From the NCBI GenBank assembly GCA_007132905.1, contig SLNR01000033.1:1-62982 (forward strand): a stretch of 62,982 bases of DNA, written 5' to 3'. The DNA is from Candidatus Sumerlaeota bacterium (GTDB lineage Bacteria > Bacillota > SLNR01). Of the stretch, positions 10,162-18,953 are shown piece after piece. The notes below the pieces were generated by a model. It was not told where the DNA came from. It did no database searches and was given only the letters and a program-made list of their open reading frames with translations. The position numbers and the translations under genes are program-made. Positions within the stretch are counted from its first letter, which is position 1. Each line of letters begins with the position of its first letter.

Positions 10162-10617
10162 ATGAGGAAATTTAATGTGACGGTGAATGGGACAACATAT
10201 GAGGTAGTGGTCGAAGAAGTAAAAGAAAAACCGGGGAAAGAACATACAGAATCTTCCAAGCCTGCCCCTCCGACGGCAGAGGATCAAAAAGCATCTTCGA
10301 AAGTCAAGGAAGCACCGCCTAAAGAAGAACCTAAAAAGGCGGAACCGGCAAAAGAGAAAGAGAAAAAACCAGAGGAACCTAAGCCGGTAGCCAATGGTGA
10401 GGGAGCGGGGACTGTAATGGCGCCTATGCCGGGTACTGTTTTAAGCATAAAGGTGAAAGAAGGAGATGAAGTCGAGCAGGGACAGGTTTTGTTGGTTTTG
10501 GAAGCGATGAAAATGGAAAACGAAATCACATCTCCCCGAGGCGGAACAGTAAAATCGATTAATGCTGCTGAAAATGATTCAGTAGGATCTGGCGATGTGC
10601 TGGTGGTCATTGAATAG
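10162..10617 (+). CDS. mmdC: Biotin carboxyl carrier (gamma) subunit
   Basis: TVNGTTYEVVVEE, Pro/Ala/Lys/Glu linker, APMPG, EAMKMENEI. Confidence 0.93.
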   Translation: MRKFNVTVNGTTYEVVVEEVKEKPGKEHTESSKPAPPTAEDQKASSKVKEAPPKEEPKKAEPAKEKEKKPEEPKPVANGEGAGTVMAPMPGTVLSIKVKEGDEVEQGQVLLVLEAMKMENEITSPRGGTVKSINAAENDSVGSGDVLVVIE

Positions 10618-10678
10618 GCAATCCACAATTCTTCATGAAAACACAAGGAGCGATGAATGTAAAAAGGAGGAGTAGTGG

Positions 10679-11809
10679 ATGATTCAAGGTTTTATATCGT
10701 TTTTCCAAACTTCCGGATTTGCTAATATGACTGTCGGTCAATTCGTCATGATCGTTGTGGCGTTTGTGCTTATCTATTTGGCCATAGTAAAAAAATACGA
10801 GCCTCTTTTATTAGTTCCGATCGGATTCGGTGTTATGCTTGCTAACCTGCCGATGGCGGGGCTGATGGAACCTCCGCAAGGAGGGGATATTGGAGGTTTA
10901 TTGTATTATCTCTATCAGGGAATTGCGCTGGGGATATATCCTCCCCTGATTTTTGTCGGCATAGGGGCGATGACAGATTTTGGACCTCTCATTGCCAATC
11001 CTAGGACAGTTCTTCTAGGAGCGGCAGCACAATTTGGGATTTTTGCTACTTTTGCCGGAGCTTTATTTCTTGGTTTTCTCCCGAATGAAGCGGCGGCGAT
11101 CGGCATTATTGGCGGAGCGGATGGGCCGACAGCTATTTTTGGTGCTTCAAGATTAGCTCCGGAGCTAATCGGTCCCATTGCCATTGCTGCTTATTCATAC
11201 ATGGCATTGGTCCCTATTATACAGCCTCCCATCATGCTGGCTTTAACTACCAAGAAAGAGCGGATGGTGGTCATGGAACAGCTGCGGCCTGTCTCAAAGA
11301 CAGAAAGAATTTTGTTCCCCATTATCGTCGCTTTGCTGGGAGGGCTTCTTGTGCCAGCCTCTTCTGCACTGTTAGGATCACTGATGGTGGGTAATCTGTT
11401 TAGGGAGAGCGGTGTTGTGGAACGGCTTTCCAAAACAGCCCAGAACGAACTAATCAACATCATCACCATCTTTTTAGGTCTGACTGTAGGGGCGACAGCC
11501 AGCGCTGAGATTTTTTTGACTTGGCAGACAATTGGCATAGTTGTTTTGGGTCTAGTCGCGTTTGCAGGAGGCACCATGATGGGCGTCATTCTTGGGAAAA
11601 TTATGTATCGCGCAACCGGTGGGAAGGTCAATCCATTGATCGGATCGGCCGGAGTATCGGCTGTACCCATGGCTGCCAGGGTTTCCCAAACGGTTGGCAG
11701 CAAAGAGAATCCCGGCAACTATTTGTTGATGCACGCTATGGGTCCGAATGTAGCGGGTGTTATAGGTTCAGCGATAGCGGCCGGTGTTATGTTGGCTCTC
11801 TTTAGCTAG
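10679..11809 (+). CDS. mmdB: Na+-translocating decarboxylase beta subunit
   Basis: [47 protein letters not shown]. Confidence 0.95.
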   Translation: MIQGFISFFQTSGFANMTVGQFVMIVVAFVLIYLAIVKKYEPLLLVPIGFGVMLANLPMAGLMEPPQGGDIGGLLYYLYQGIALGIYPPLIFVGIGAMTDFGPLIANPRTVLLGAAAQFGIFATFAGALFLGFLPNEAAAIGIIGGADGPTAIFGASRLAPELIGPIAIAAYSYMALVPIIQPPIMLALTTKKERMVVMEQLRPVSKTERILFPIIVALLGGLLVPASSALLGSLMVGNLFRESGVVERLSKTAQNELINIITIFLGLTVGATASAEIFLTWQTIGIVVLGLVAFAGGTMMGVILGKIMYRATGGKVNPLIGSAGVSAVPMAARVSQTVGSKENPGNYLLMHAMGPNVAGVIGSAIAAGVMLALFS

Positions 11810-11817
11810 GAATGAAG

Positions 11818-11844
11818 AGCCTCTCGCCAAGCGCGGGGGGTTTT
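11818..11844 (+). terminator. Imperfect intrinsic terminator after mmdB
   Basis: GCCTCTCGC-caa-GCGCGGGGGG followed by TTTT. Confidence 0.45.
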
Positions 11845-11999
11845 GCTTATCCTCAGATCTTTTACGAATGATTCAGATAGGGTAAGATCCTTATCATCTT
11901 GAAAGCTGGCAAATAGAATAGATCGAAGGTTCTTGTAATCTTTGCAGCTATGCGTAAGCGAAGTTCTGATGATACTAAAACGGACACGGGGTGTTGTTG

Positions 12000-13100
12000 A
12001 TGAAAAGAATGCGCCTGCGGGAGTTAGGTGTGAGGATTGGGGAGTTAGAAACCGGAAGGTGGAATGCTATCACTGATGTCACCGGAGTTAAAGTGGGGCA
12101 TAAGACTTTAGTAAAAGGAGAAGGGAAACTAGTTCCGGGAAAGGGCCCTGTCCGAACCGGGGTGACAGCTGTTTTTCCCCATCCCGATAATATCTTTGAA
12201 AACAAAGTTCCGGCAGCCGTTCATATTGTGAATGGATTCGGAAAATCCATGGGACTGCCTCAGATCGAAGAACTCGGCACGATTGAAACGCCTATTTTGT
12301 TAACCAATACTTTAAACATAGGCATTGCTGCCGATGCTCTTATCGAATATATGCTGTTAGGTAACCCTGACATAGGCATCAAGACAGGTACAGTCAATCC
12401 TATTATAGGAGAATGTAATGACGGTTATCTTAATGACATTCGAGGTCGGCATGTGCGAACAGAAGATGTTTTTCAGGCCTTAGAAACGGCAGATAGCGGA
12501 GAAGTTGAGGAAGGCGCTGTTGGTGCGGGAACAGGTATGTCTGCCTTTGAATACAAAGGCGGCATCGGAACTTCATCTAGGGAGTTTGCTGTTTCGAAAG
12601 AGAAATTTACAGTAGGTGCTTTAGTGCTTTCTAATTTCGGGACCCAAAAAGAACTAAGAATTGATGGTATTCCGGTTGGGAATGAGCTATCCTGCAGGCA
12701 AGAACAGCGGCAAGGTGATGGATCAATCATGGTAGTTATAGCCACGGACGCACCTTTAAATGATCGACAATTACTGAGAATAGCAAAACGGGCAGGAATC
12801 GGTATTGCTCGAACGGGCTCCATTGCCTCTCATGGTAGCGGGGATTTCATTATTGCTTTCTCTACAGTCAACCAGGAAAAAACATCATCGAATGAACCCA
12901 TTCGAGAAACAAAAACCTTGAAAGAAGATGGTGCTGTTCTGGAAATATTTTTTCAGGCAGCTGTTGATGCAACCGAAGAAGCGATTATCAATTCTGTTAT
13001 GAAAGCGGAGTCTGTGGAAGGAAGAGATGGAAATGTGCGAGAGGGAATTCCGCTTGAAGAAGTGAAAGAGATTCTTAAAAAGCATGGAAGAGATGGGTAA
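12000..13100 (+). CDS. dmpA: DmpA/P1-family (S58) L-aminopeptidase/D-Ala-esterase-amidase
   Basis: NAITDVTGVKVGH, NGFGKSMG, ECNDGYLNDI, GAVGAGTGM, G|SI autocleavage site (GDGSIMVV), HGSGD; exact start (11991-12009) uncertain. Confidence 0.9.
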   Translation: MKRMRLRELGVRIGELETGRWNAITDVTGVKVGHKTLVKGEGKLVPGKGPVRTGVTAVFPHPDNIFENKVPAAVHIVNGFGKSMGLPQIEELGTIETPILLTNTLNIGIAADALIEYMLLGNPDIGIKTGTVNPIIGECNDGYLNDIRGRHVRTEDVFQALETADSGEVEEGAVGAGTGMSAFEYKGGIGTSSREFAVSKEKFTVGALVLSNFGTQKELRIDGIPVGNELSCRQEQRQGDGSIMVVIATDAPLNDRQLLRIAKRAGIGIARTGSIASHGSGDFIIAFSTVNQEKTSSNEPIRETKTLKEDGAVLEIFFQAAVDATEEAIINSVMKAESVEGRDGNVREGIPLEEVKEILKKHGRDG

Positions 13101-13129
13101 AAAAAAGCTTATTCAGGAGGTGGAGAAAA

Positions 13130-14152
13130 TTGTCATCAGATGTTCTTGTACATGTAACCCGCGGTGACATGGTGGAATGCGTTCATAGAGGCAGTATTGC
13201 TGTCGTTGATTCTACAGGAAAGCTCCTTTATGGTCTAGGAGAGCCCGGTATGTATTCTTATCTTAGGTCATCAGCCAAACCAATACAAGCTGTACCGGCG
13301 GTTGAGAGCGGAGCGGCAGACCATTTTGATTTAACGGATAAAGAGTTAGCGTTGTTTTGTGCATCCCATAACGGGGAAGAAAAGCACACGAGTGCGGTTA
13401 TGGGAATTCTGAAAAAACTGGGACTTGATGAAAGCGATCTTGATTGTGGTGCCCATATGCCGATGTATCCGCCGGCATCAAAAGCGCTTATTCAATCAAA
13501 AGAAAAAGCAACCAGCAGACACTGCAATTGTTCGGGTAAACATGCAGGCATGCTGGCTTATGCACTGTACAGGGGATACCAGAAGGAAGGGTATGTAAAG
13601 CAGGAACACCCGGTCCAAAAAACAGCCCTCAAGGAAATAGCCTACTTTGCTGATATGCCGGAAGAGGCTGTCGCAACGGGAGTGGATGGTTGCGGAGTGG
13701 TTGTTTTTGGCATGCCGATCTATAATATGGCACTTTCTTATGCTCGTTTGGCGGACACAGAACAATTCACAAAAGAAAAAACACATGCTGTAAACCGAAT
13801 TACCGGGGCAATGATGAATTATCCGGAAATGGTGGCCGGCACCAAAAGACTGTGCTCGGAACTGATGGCCAAGACAAACAATAAGCTTTTTGCAAAATCA
13901 GGCGCAGAAGGGGTCTATACAGTGGGTATTCCTGCCAGAAAAATGGGTATTGCCGTTAAAATCGATGATGGCGCAAACAGAGGGATAGGTCCTGTTGTTA
14001 TTGAAGTGCTAAAGCAGCTGGAGATTCTTGATGCGGAAGAATTAGAAAACTTGCAGGATTTACATTGGGTCTCACAGAAAAATCATCGTAAAGATGTGGT
14101 AGGGGAAGTTAAGCCAGTATTTAAATTAGACACAATGGGAGGTCTTAAATAA
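13130..14152 (+). CDS. Class 3 (Rhizobium AnsA-type) asparaginase family protein
   Basis: RSSAKP, ASHNGE, NCSGKH, DGCG and AKSGAEG motifs. Confidence 0.88.
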   Translation: MSSDVLVHVTRGDMVECVHRGSIAVVDSTGKLLYGLGEPGMYSYLRSSAKPIQAVPAVESGAADHFDLTDKELALFCASHNGEEKHTSAVMGILKKLGLDESDLDCGAHMPMYPPASKALIQSKEKATSRHCNCSGKHAGMLAYALYRGYQKEGYVKQEHPVQKTALKEIAYFADMPEEAVATGVDGCGVVVFGMPIYNMALSYARLADTEQFTKEKTHAVNRITGAMMNYPEMVAGTKRLCSELMAKTNNKLFAKSGAEGVYTVGIPARKMGIAVKIDDGANRGIGPVVIEVLKQLEILDAEELENLQDLHWVSQKNHRKDVVGEVKPVFKLDTMGGLK

Positions 14153-14970
14153 TGAAAATCTTTATGTCGGTTGATATGGAAGGAATAGCAGGAATCTCGC
14201 ATAAAGAACACACGGCAAGAGACGGGAAAGAGCACGAAAGGGCAAGAGAACTGATGACAGACGAAGCGAGTGCGGCTGTGGAAGGGGCCCTCGATGCCGG
14301 GGCAGAAGAAGTAGTGGTGGGAGACTCACATGGTACAATGAGAAATATTATCCCGGAACGGCTCCACAAAGATGCCGTTTTGATAACGGGCTCCCCTAAA
14401 CATCTGAGCATGATGGAAGGCGTTGATGAAAACTGTGCCGGAGTGTTTTTGGTAGGATATCACGCTAGAATGGGTGTCCATGGAGTTTTAAGTCATACCT
14501 ATGACAGCCGGGTGGTATATAACCTTAAGCTCAACGGAGAATTTGTAGGCGAAGCGGGTATCAATGCCATGGTGGCCGGCCATTTTAATGTGCCTATTCT
14601 TATGGTCACCGGCGATAAAGCAGCAGTGGAGGACAACAAGAAGATTTTGGGTGATTTTGAAGGGGTGGCCGTGAAGGAAGCTTTGACAAGGTATGCTGTA
14701 AAAGGAGTACATCCAGAAAAAGCTTGCGAGATGATCAGAGAGGGAGCAAAACGCGCCATTGACAGGAAAAACGAGTTCAAACCGTTTCTTGTGGAAAAAC
14801 CGATTAGGATTGAAGTTGGCTTTATTCAGTCCGGTATGGCGGATATGGCAGAAATTGTGCCCGGGTCAAAAAGGATCGATGACCGGACCATCTCTTATGC
14901 GGGAGAAGATGGCATTGAGGTATTCAAAGCTTTCAGGGCTTTGATTACTCTGGGAGAGACGGTATTGTAA
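14152..14970 (+). CDS. dppA: M55 D-aminopeptidase (B. subtilis DppA-like)
   Basis: SVDMEG, DSHG, MMEG, VGYHA, LSHT and GD metal-site motifs; TAATG stop/start coupling to the upstream gene. Confidence 0.92.
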   Translation: MKIFMSVDMEGIAGISHKEHTARDGKEHERARELMTDEASAAVEGALDAGAEEVVVGDSHGTMRNIIPERLHKDAVLITGSPKHLSMMEGVDENCAGVFLVGYHARMGVHGVLSHTYDSRVVYNLKLNGEFVGEAGINAMVAGHFNVPILMVTGDKAAVEDNKKILGDFEGVAVKEALTRYAVKGVHPEKACEMIREGAKRAIDRKNEFKPFLVEKPIRIEVGFIQSGMADMAEIVPGSKRIDDRTISYAGEDGIEVFKAFRALITLGETVL

Positions 14971-14974
14971 GGCC

Positions 14975-15008
14975 AAAAGGTGTTCTGGTTAAAGCCAGAA
15001 CACCTTTT
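14975..15008 (+). terminator. Intrinsic terminator, probably bidirectional
   Basis: AAAAGGTGTTCTGGT-taa-AGCCAGAACACCTTTT. Confidence 0.85.
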
Positions 15009-15106
15009 CTATATGCTTTTTGTAGTGGTATTTTTAACAATGTTGTAATATAATGAATATAATAACAGAAAGATACTTTAAGGATAATCTTTAAGGAGGC
15101 TTTTTT

Positions 15107-15901
15107 ATGGCGGACGATAATATGATCGCAGCTCAGATTAATGAGGCCGTGAATAAAGATAAACATTTTGATGATGTTCAGATTAAAGTCAGTTCATCCG
15201 ATGGAATTGTAACTCTCAGCGGGAATGTCTTTGATCGAAAGCAAAAGGCGCTGGCAGAGAAATTCGCACGGAATACACAAGGGGTTGTTTCGGTTGAAAA
15301 CCAACTTAAATTAGTGGAACCGAAATTCGAAACGCTAACCGAATTAAGTATGATCAGCAGTAAAAACGCTCCTTTGGTGAATGATATGAAGAGCATATTA
15401 AAGGAGCACCCTTCCATCAACTCACAGGCGATTAAAATCATTTCGGCAAAACGTTTTGGCGTTTTTTATATTAAGGGATATGTAAGTGATGCACTAAAGA
15501 GAGAAGAAGTTGAAAAAACATTAGAGAAGCTTTCAGGAGTTCGGTATGTTATTAACGATTTGGTCATTGATGAAGATTATTTAGAATTACTTGACGCTAG
15601 GATTGATTCCAAGCTTCTTGACATCAAGAAAAACAAAGGGATTCCTAGTCTTACAGAAAAATTTTTCGTAGACAGTGCTAACAAAAGAATTCTTCCTGAA
15701 GTAAGAGAAGCTTTAAACCGGCACCCCCGTCTGGACGCTTCCGAGATAAAAGTAAAAGCTGAACCGTTTCAAATTGGTATTTTCCATTTAACAGGAACGG
15801 TAAAAACCGAAGAACATAAAAAAATGGCCGAAAAAATGGCCCGCAACGTACGAGGCGTGAAATACATCAATAATGAGCTGGAAGTGAAAACTAAAGAGTG
15901 A
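15107..15901 (+). CDS. Triple BON-domain protein without signal peptide
   Basis: Three repeats of the pattern I.V....G...L.G.V...........A....GV..V.N.L. Confidence 0.82.
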   Translation: MADDNMIAAQINEAVNKDKHFDDVQIKVSSSDGIVTLSGNVFDRKQKALAEKFARNTQGVVSVENQLKLVEPKFETLTELSMISSKNAPLVNDMKSILKEHPSINSQAIKIISAKRFGVFYIKGYVSDALKREEVEKTLEKLSGVRYVINDLVIDEDYLELLDARIDSKLLDIKKNKGIPSLTEKFFVDSANKRILPEVREALNRHPRLDASEIKVKAEPFQIGIFHLTGTVKTEEHKKMAEKMARNVRGVKYINNELEVKTKE

Positions 15902-15915
15902 TAATAGGAGGAAAT

Positions 15916-17091
15916 ATGCCCAGCAAATCAAAAGTAGTGATTTCTCGCTGCTGTGATTATCAAGATGAGTCGCTGAAAGCCACTCTAGATCAATTGCTGC
16001 GGCATCTCGGAGGCATGGAGAGGTTTGTACAACCGGGGGAAAAAGTGTTAATCAAGGTGAATCTTTTAAGCCCTAAATCTCCGGAGAAAGCAGTGACCAC
16101 TCATCCTGCTTTGGTAAAACAATTAATAAAATCGGTGCTATCTTGTGGTGGGAAACCAATAGTGGGAGACAGTTCGGGAGGAATGATGAAAGGAAAGTCC
16201 TCGACTTCGAGGGCTTTAGATATTTCCGGGATTCGGCAAGCGGCAGAAGAAGCAGGCGCAGAAGTGGCAAATTTTGATCAAGAAGAAGTAATTCAGGTTC
16301 CTAATATTGACAATCCCATTGCATCTGAATTTAGAATGTCCAAAGTGGTGCATGACGCGGATACCATTATTTGCATGCCCAAACTTAAAACTCATACAGC
16401 TACCTTGTTTACGGGAGCTATCAAAAACATGTTTGGTACGATTCCCGGTTATCAAAAAGCGGAATATCACCGTATAGCTCCGAAATTAGAGGATTTTTCC
16501 AAAATACTGGTCGACATCTATCAACATGCTAAACCTGATTTAGTTGTGATGGACGGTATTTTGGCCATGGAAGGGCCGGGGCCGGCTCATGGACATCCTT
16601 ATAAAGCAAATCTTTTGCTTGCAAGTGCTGATGGTGTGGCTTTAGATGCCGTTGCTTCAAAGATTATGGGTTTTGATCCATCAGAAATTGCGACTACAAG
16701 AATTGCCCAGGAACATCATTTAGGAGAAGGAAGAATTGACAACATTGACATACGAGGACTTTCAGTAGAAGAGGCGATGTTATCAGACTTTTCACTGCCT
16801 TCTCAGGCAATATTGTCGCGCATTTCGCCTTTTTGGATAAGAAGAGGATTGGGGATGCTAAAAGCCAGACCTCATATCATCAAAGAAAAATGTGTGCGCT
16901 GTGGTTTTTGCCGAGAGAATTGCCCGGTTCAGGTTATTTCCATGGAGGATGGATTCCCTGAGATAGACCAAAAAAGGTGTATAAAGTGCTACTGCTGCCA
17001 AGAGCTGTGCCCAGAGGGAGCTGTAGTTGCTCAGTACGATTCTTTGCTTTTGCGAGCTTATATGCGCTTGATGAGTAAAAAGAGCACATAA
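15916..17091 (+). CDS. DUF362 Fe-S protein with C-terminal 2x[4Fe-4S] ferredoxin domain
   Basis: VLIKVNLL, AVTTHP, PKLKTH, GAIKNMFG, MEGPGP; CVRCGFCRENCP and CIKCYCCQELCP. Confidence 0.88.
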   Translation: MPSKSKVVISRCCDYQDESLKATLDQLLRHLGGMERFVQPGEKVLIKVNLLSPKSPEKAVTTHPALVKQLIKSVLSCGGKPIVGDSSGGMMKGKSSTSRALDISGIRQAAEEAGAEVANFDQEEVIQVPNIDNPIASEFRMSKVVHDADTIICMPKLKTHTATLFTGAIKNMFGTIPGYQKAEYHRIAPKLEDFSKILVDIYQHAKPDLVVMDGILAMEGPGPAHGHPYKANLLLASADGVALDAVASKIMGFDPSEIATTRIAQEHHLGEGRIDNIDIRGLSVEEAMLSDFSLPSQAILSRISPFWIRRGLGMLKARPHIIKEKCVRCGFCRENCPVQVISMEDGFPEIDQKRCIKCYCCQELCPEGAVVAQYDSLLLRAYMRLMSKKST

Positions 17092-17106
17092 AGATATTCT
17101 ATATGC

Positions 17107-17135
17107 TTTACGATGCAATAAACCTTTGATATAAT
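17107..17135 (+). promoter_or_regulatory. SigA promoter (extended -10) for the TPP leader
   Basis: TTTACG-N17-TATAAT with TG at -15/-14. Confidence 0.7.
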
Positions 17136-17154
17136 TGGAAAAGAAGTGAATACC

Positions 17155-17276
17155 AATGTGCCAGGGGAGCTCCAGGCGGAGCTGAGATAAGGAAATTATA
17201 CCTTAACCCTTTGAACCTGATGAAGAAAGCCTGCTGTGAGTGGGCCTGGATCATACCAGCGCAGGGAGTTTGCACT
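17155..17276 (+). ncRNA. TPP riboswitch aptamer with a 24-nt insertion in J4/5
   Basis: AGGGG..GCTGAGA..ACCCTTTGAACCTGAT[insert]CTGGATCATACCAGCGCAGGGAG; upstream of thiD-thiM-thiE. Confidence 0.9.
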
Positions 17277-17287
17277 CGTTGAATATT

Positions 17288-17317
17288 CGCAGCTGGATAG
17301 CAGCTGCGTTTTGTTTT
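17288..17317 (+). terminator. Terminator of the TPP riboswitch expression platform
   Basis: CGCAGCTG-gatag-CAGCTGCG-TTTTGTTTT. Confidence 0.85.
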
Positions 17318-17497
17318 ATGATCTTGTGTAGGGCAGCAAAAAGTTTAAAAAAGAAAAAAAGCAGCAATCAATTTGGCTAAGTCTGCAGAGTTTCCTCAAT
17401 ATAGGTATGATGAATAGAGTCCTTCTAAAGTCGGAAACTCCTTGGTTTTGGCATTGGTTATAGATTCCATTAGATTATAGAATAAAGGGGTGGTTTT

Positions 17498-18823
17498 ATG
17501 AAAAAAGTATTGACGATTGCAGGCTCAGATTCAGGAGGCGGAGCGGGCATTCAGGCTGATTTAAAGACTTTTTCCGCCATAGGGACATACGGGATGAGTG
17601 CTATCACCGCCCTGACAGCTCAAAATACTGTTGGAGTTCAAGGTGTAGTGGAGTTAGATCCCAAGTTTGTAGGTCAGCAAATCGATTCTGTCGCCACCGA
17701 CATTGGTGTTGATGCGGTCAAAATCGGTATGTTGTCAAATGAGCTGATCGTAAAAGAGGTGGCCGAGAAAATCAAAGAGCATGGTCTGCAACGAGTGGTA
17801 TTAGATCCTGTGATGGTTGCCAAAGGAGGCGATCATTTGCTTAAAAAAGAGGCAGTAGAGTCTTTAAAAGAGCAACTGATTCCTTTAAGCGAGATAGTAA
17901 CACCTAATCTTAGCGAGGCAGAAGTGTTGACAGGGATGAAGATTAAGAAATTAGCAGAGATGAAAAAAGCTGCTAGGATGATTCATGAGATGGGTGCCAA
18001 CAATGTGGTTGTCAAAGGAGGACATTTAGAAGGTGATGCTGTCGATTTGCTTTACAATGGGACAGAAGACAAAGTCTTTTCTTCCCCGCGAATTAAAACG
18101 AAGAATAATCATGGTACCGGCTGCACATTCGCCGCAGCGTTAGCTTCTTATTTGGCCAAAGGAAATGATGTGCCCCAGGCGGTAGAAAAAGCAAAACAAT
18201 ACATCACAGAAGCAATTAGGTTTTCGCTTGATCTAGGCAAAGGGCATGGACCAACCAATCATTTTGCAAGTCTATACAATAAAAGCTTACGCTATGAGCT
18301 TCTTCAAGAGATAAAAGGAGCTTTGGAGATATTGGATGGGATGAAAATCGGATCCCTTATCCCTCAAACGCAGAGCAATTTGGCATTAGCCCTGCCTTAT
18401 GCTGTCGATTATTCAGATGTAGCGGCTGTGCCAGGCAGACTCATTCGCTGGGAGGACTCTTTTAAGACACTTTCGGGACCTGCTTTTGGGACATCCAAAA
18501 GCATGGCTTCGGTTGTCTTAATGGCGATGGAATTTGACCGCGAAACGAGGGCCGCCATGAATATTCGCTATTCAAAAGAGATTTGGGAGGCCTGCCAGCG
18601 TGCGGGTTTTTCCATGATAGAATTCTCTTGGCCAAAAGCGGGTGAAGATCCGCCTGAAAATACTTTTAAAGAAGCAGTTGCCCGGTATTTTGGAGAACAT
18701 TGTTCTCTGCCTGATATGATTTACAGCCAGGGAGGTTGGGGAAAAGAAGCTCATATAGAATTCTTTGGGAAAAACGCATTTGAGATTACAGAGAAAATCA
18801 AAATGATGATGGACTACCTTTAA
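17498..18823 (+). CDS. thiD: HMP/HMP-P kinase ThiD fused to a degenerate ThiN-like domain
   Basis: TIAGSDSGGGAGIQADLKT, DPVM, TPN, HGTGC, GHGP; C-terminal ~170 aa with ALP, VPGR, NIRY and GKE as in ThiN. Confidence 0.92.
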   Translation: MKKVLTIAGSDSGGGAGIQADLKTFSAIGTYGMSAITALTAQNTVGVQGVVELDPKFVGQQIDSVATDIGVDAVKIGMLSNELIVKEVAEKIKEHGLQRVVLDPVMVAKGGDHLLKKEAVESLKEQLIPLSEIVTPNLSEAEVLTGMKIKKLAEMKKAARMIHEMGANNVVVKGGHLEGDAVDLLYNGTEDKVFSSPRIKTKNNHGTGCTFAAALASYLAKGNDVPQAVEKAKQYITEAIRFSLDLGKGHGPTNHFASLYNKSLRYELLQEIKGALEILDGMKIGSLIPQTQSNLALALPYAVDYSDVAAVPGRLIRWEDSFKTLSGPAFGTSKSMASVVLMAMEFDRETRAAMNIRYSKEIWEACQRAGFSMIEFSWPKAGEDPPENTFKEAVARYFGEHCSLPDMIYSQGGWGKEAHIEFFGKNAFEITEKIKMMMDYL

Positions 18824-18953
18824 GAACGAGACGTTGAAAACAGTGTATTGATGAATTTTGATTGTTTCGTCAATTTACTCAGACTAGCGGGAATGAGATT
18901 ATACCTAAAGAAAGCATGTTTTGACAGTATCGGTGCTGCAAGGAGGTGAAAGC

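Noticed and set aside
11191-11718. 175-aa antisense ORF inside mmdB, and similar ones at 18905-19462, 62248-62751, 52298-52732 and 39155-39547
   Set aside because: Shadow frames of well-conserved + strand genes, with no recognisable motifs
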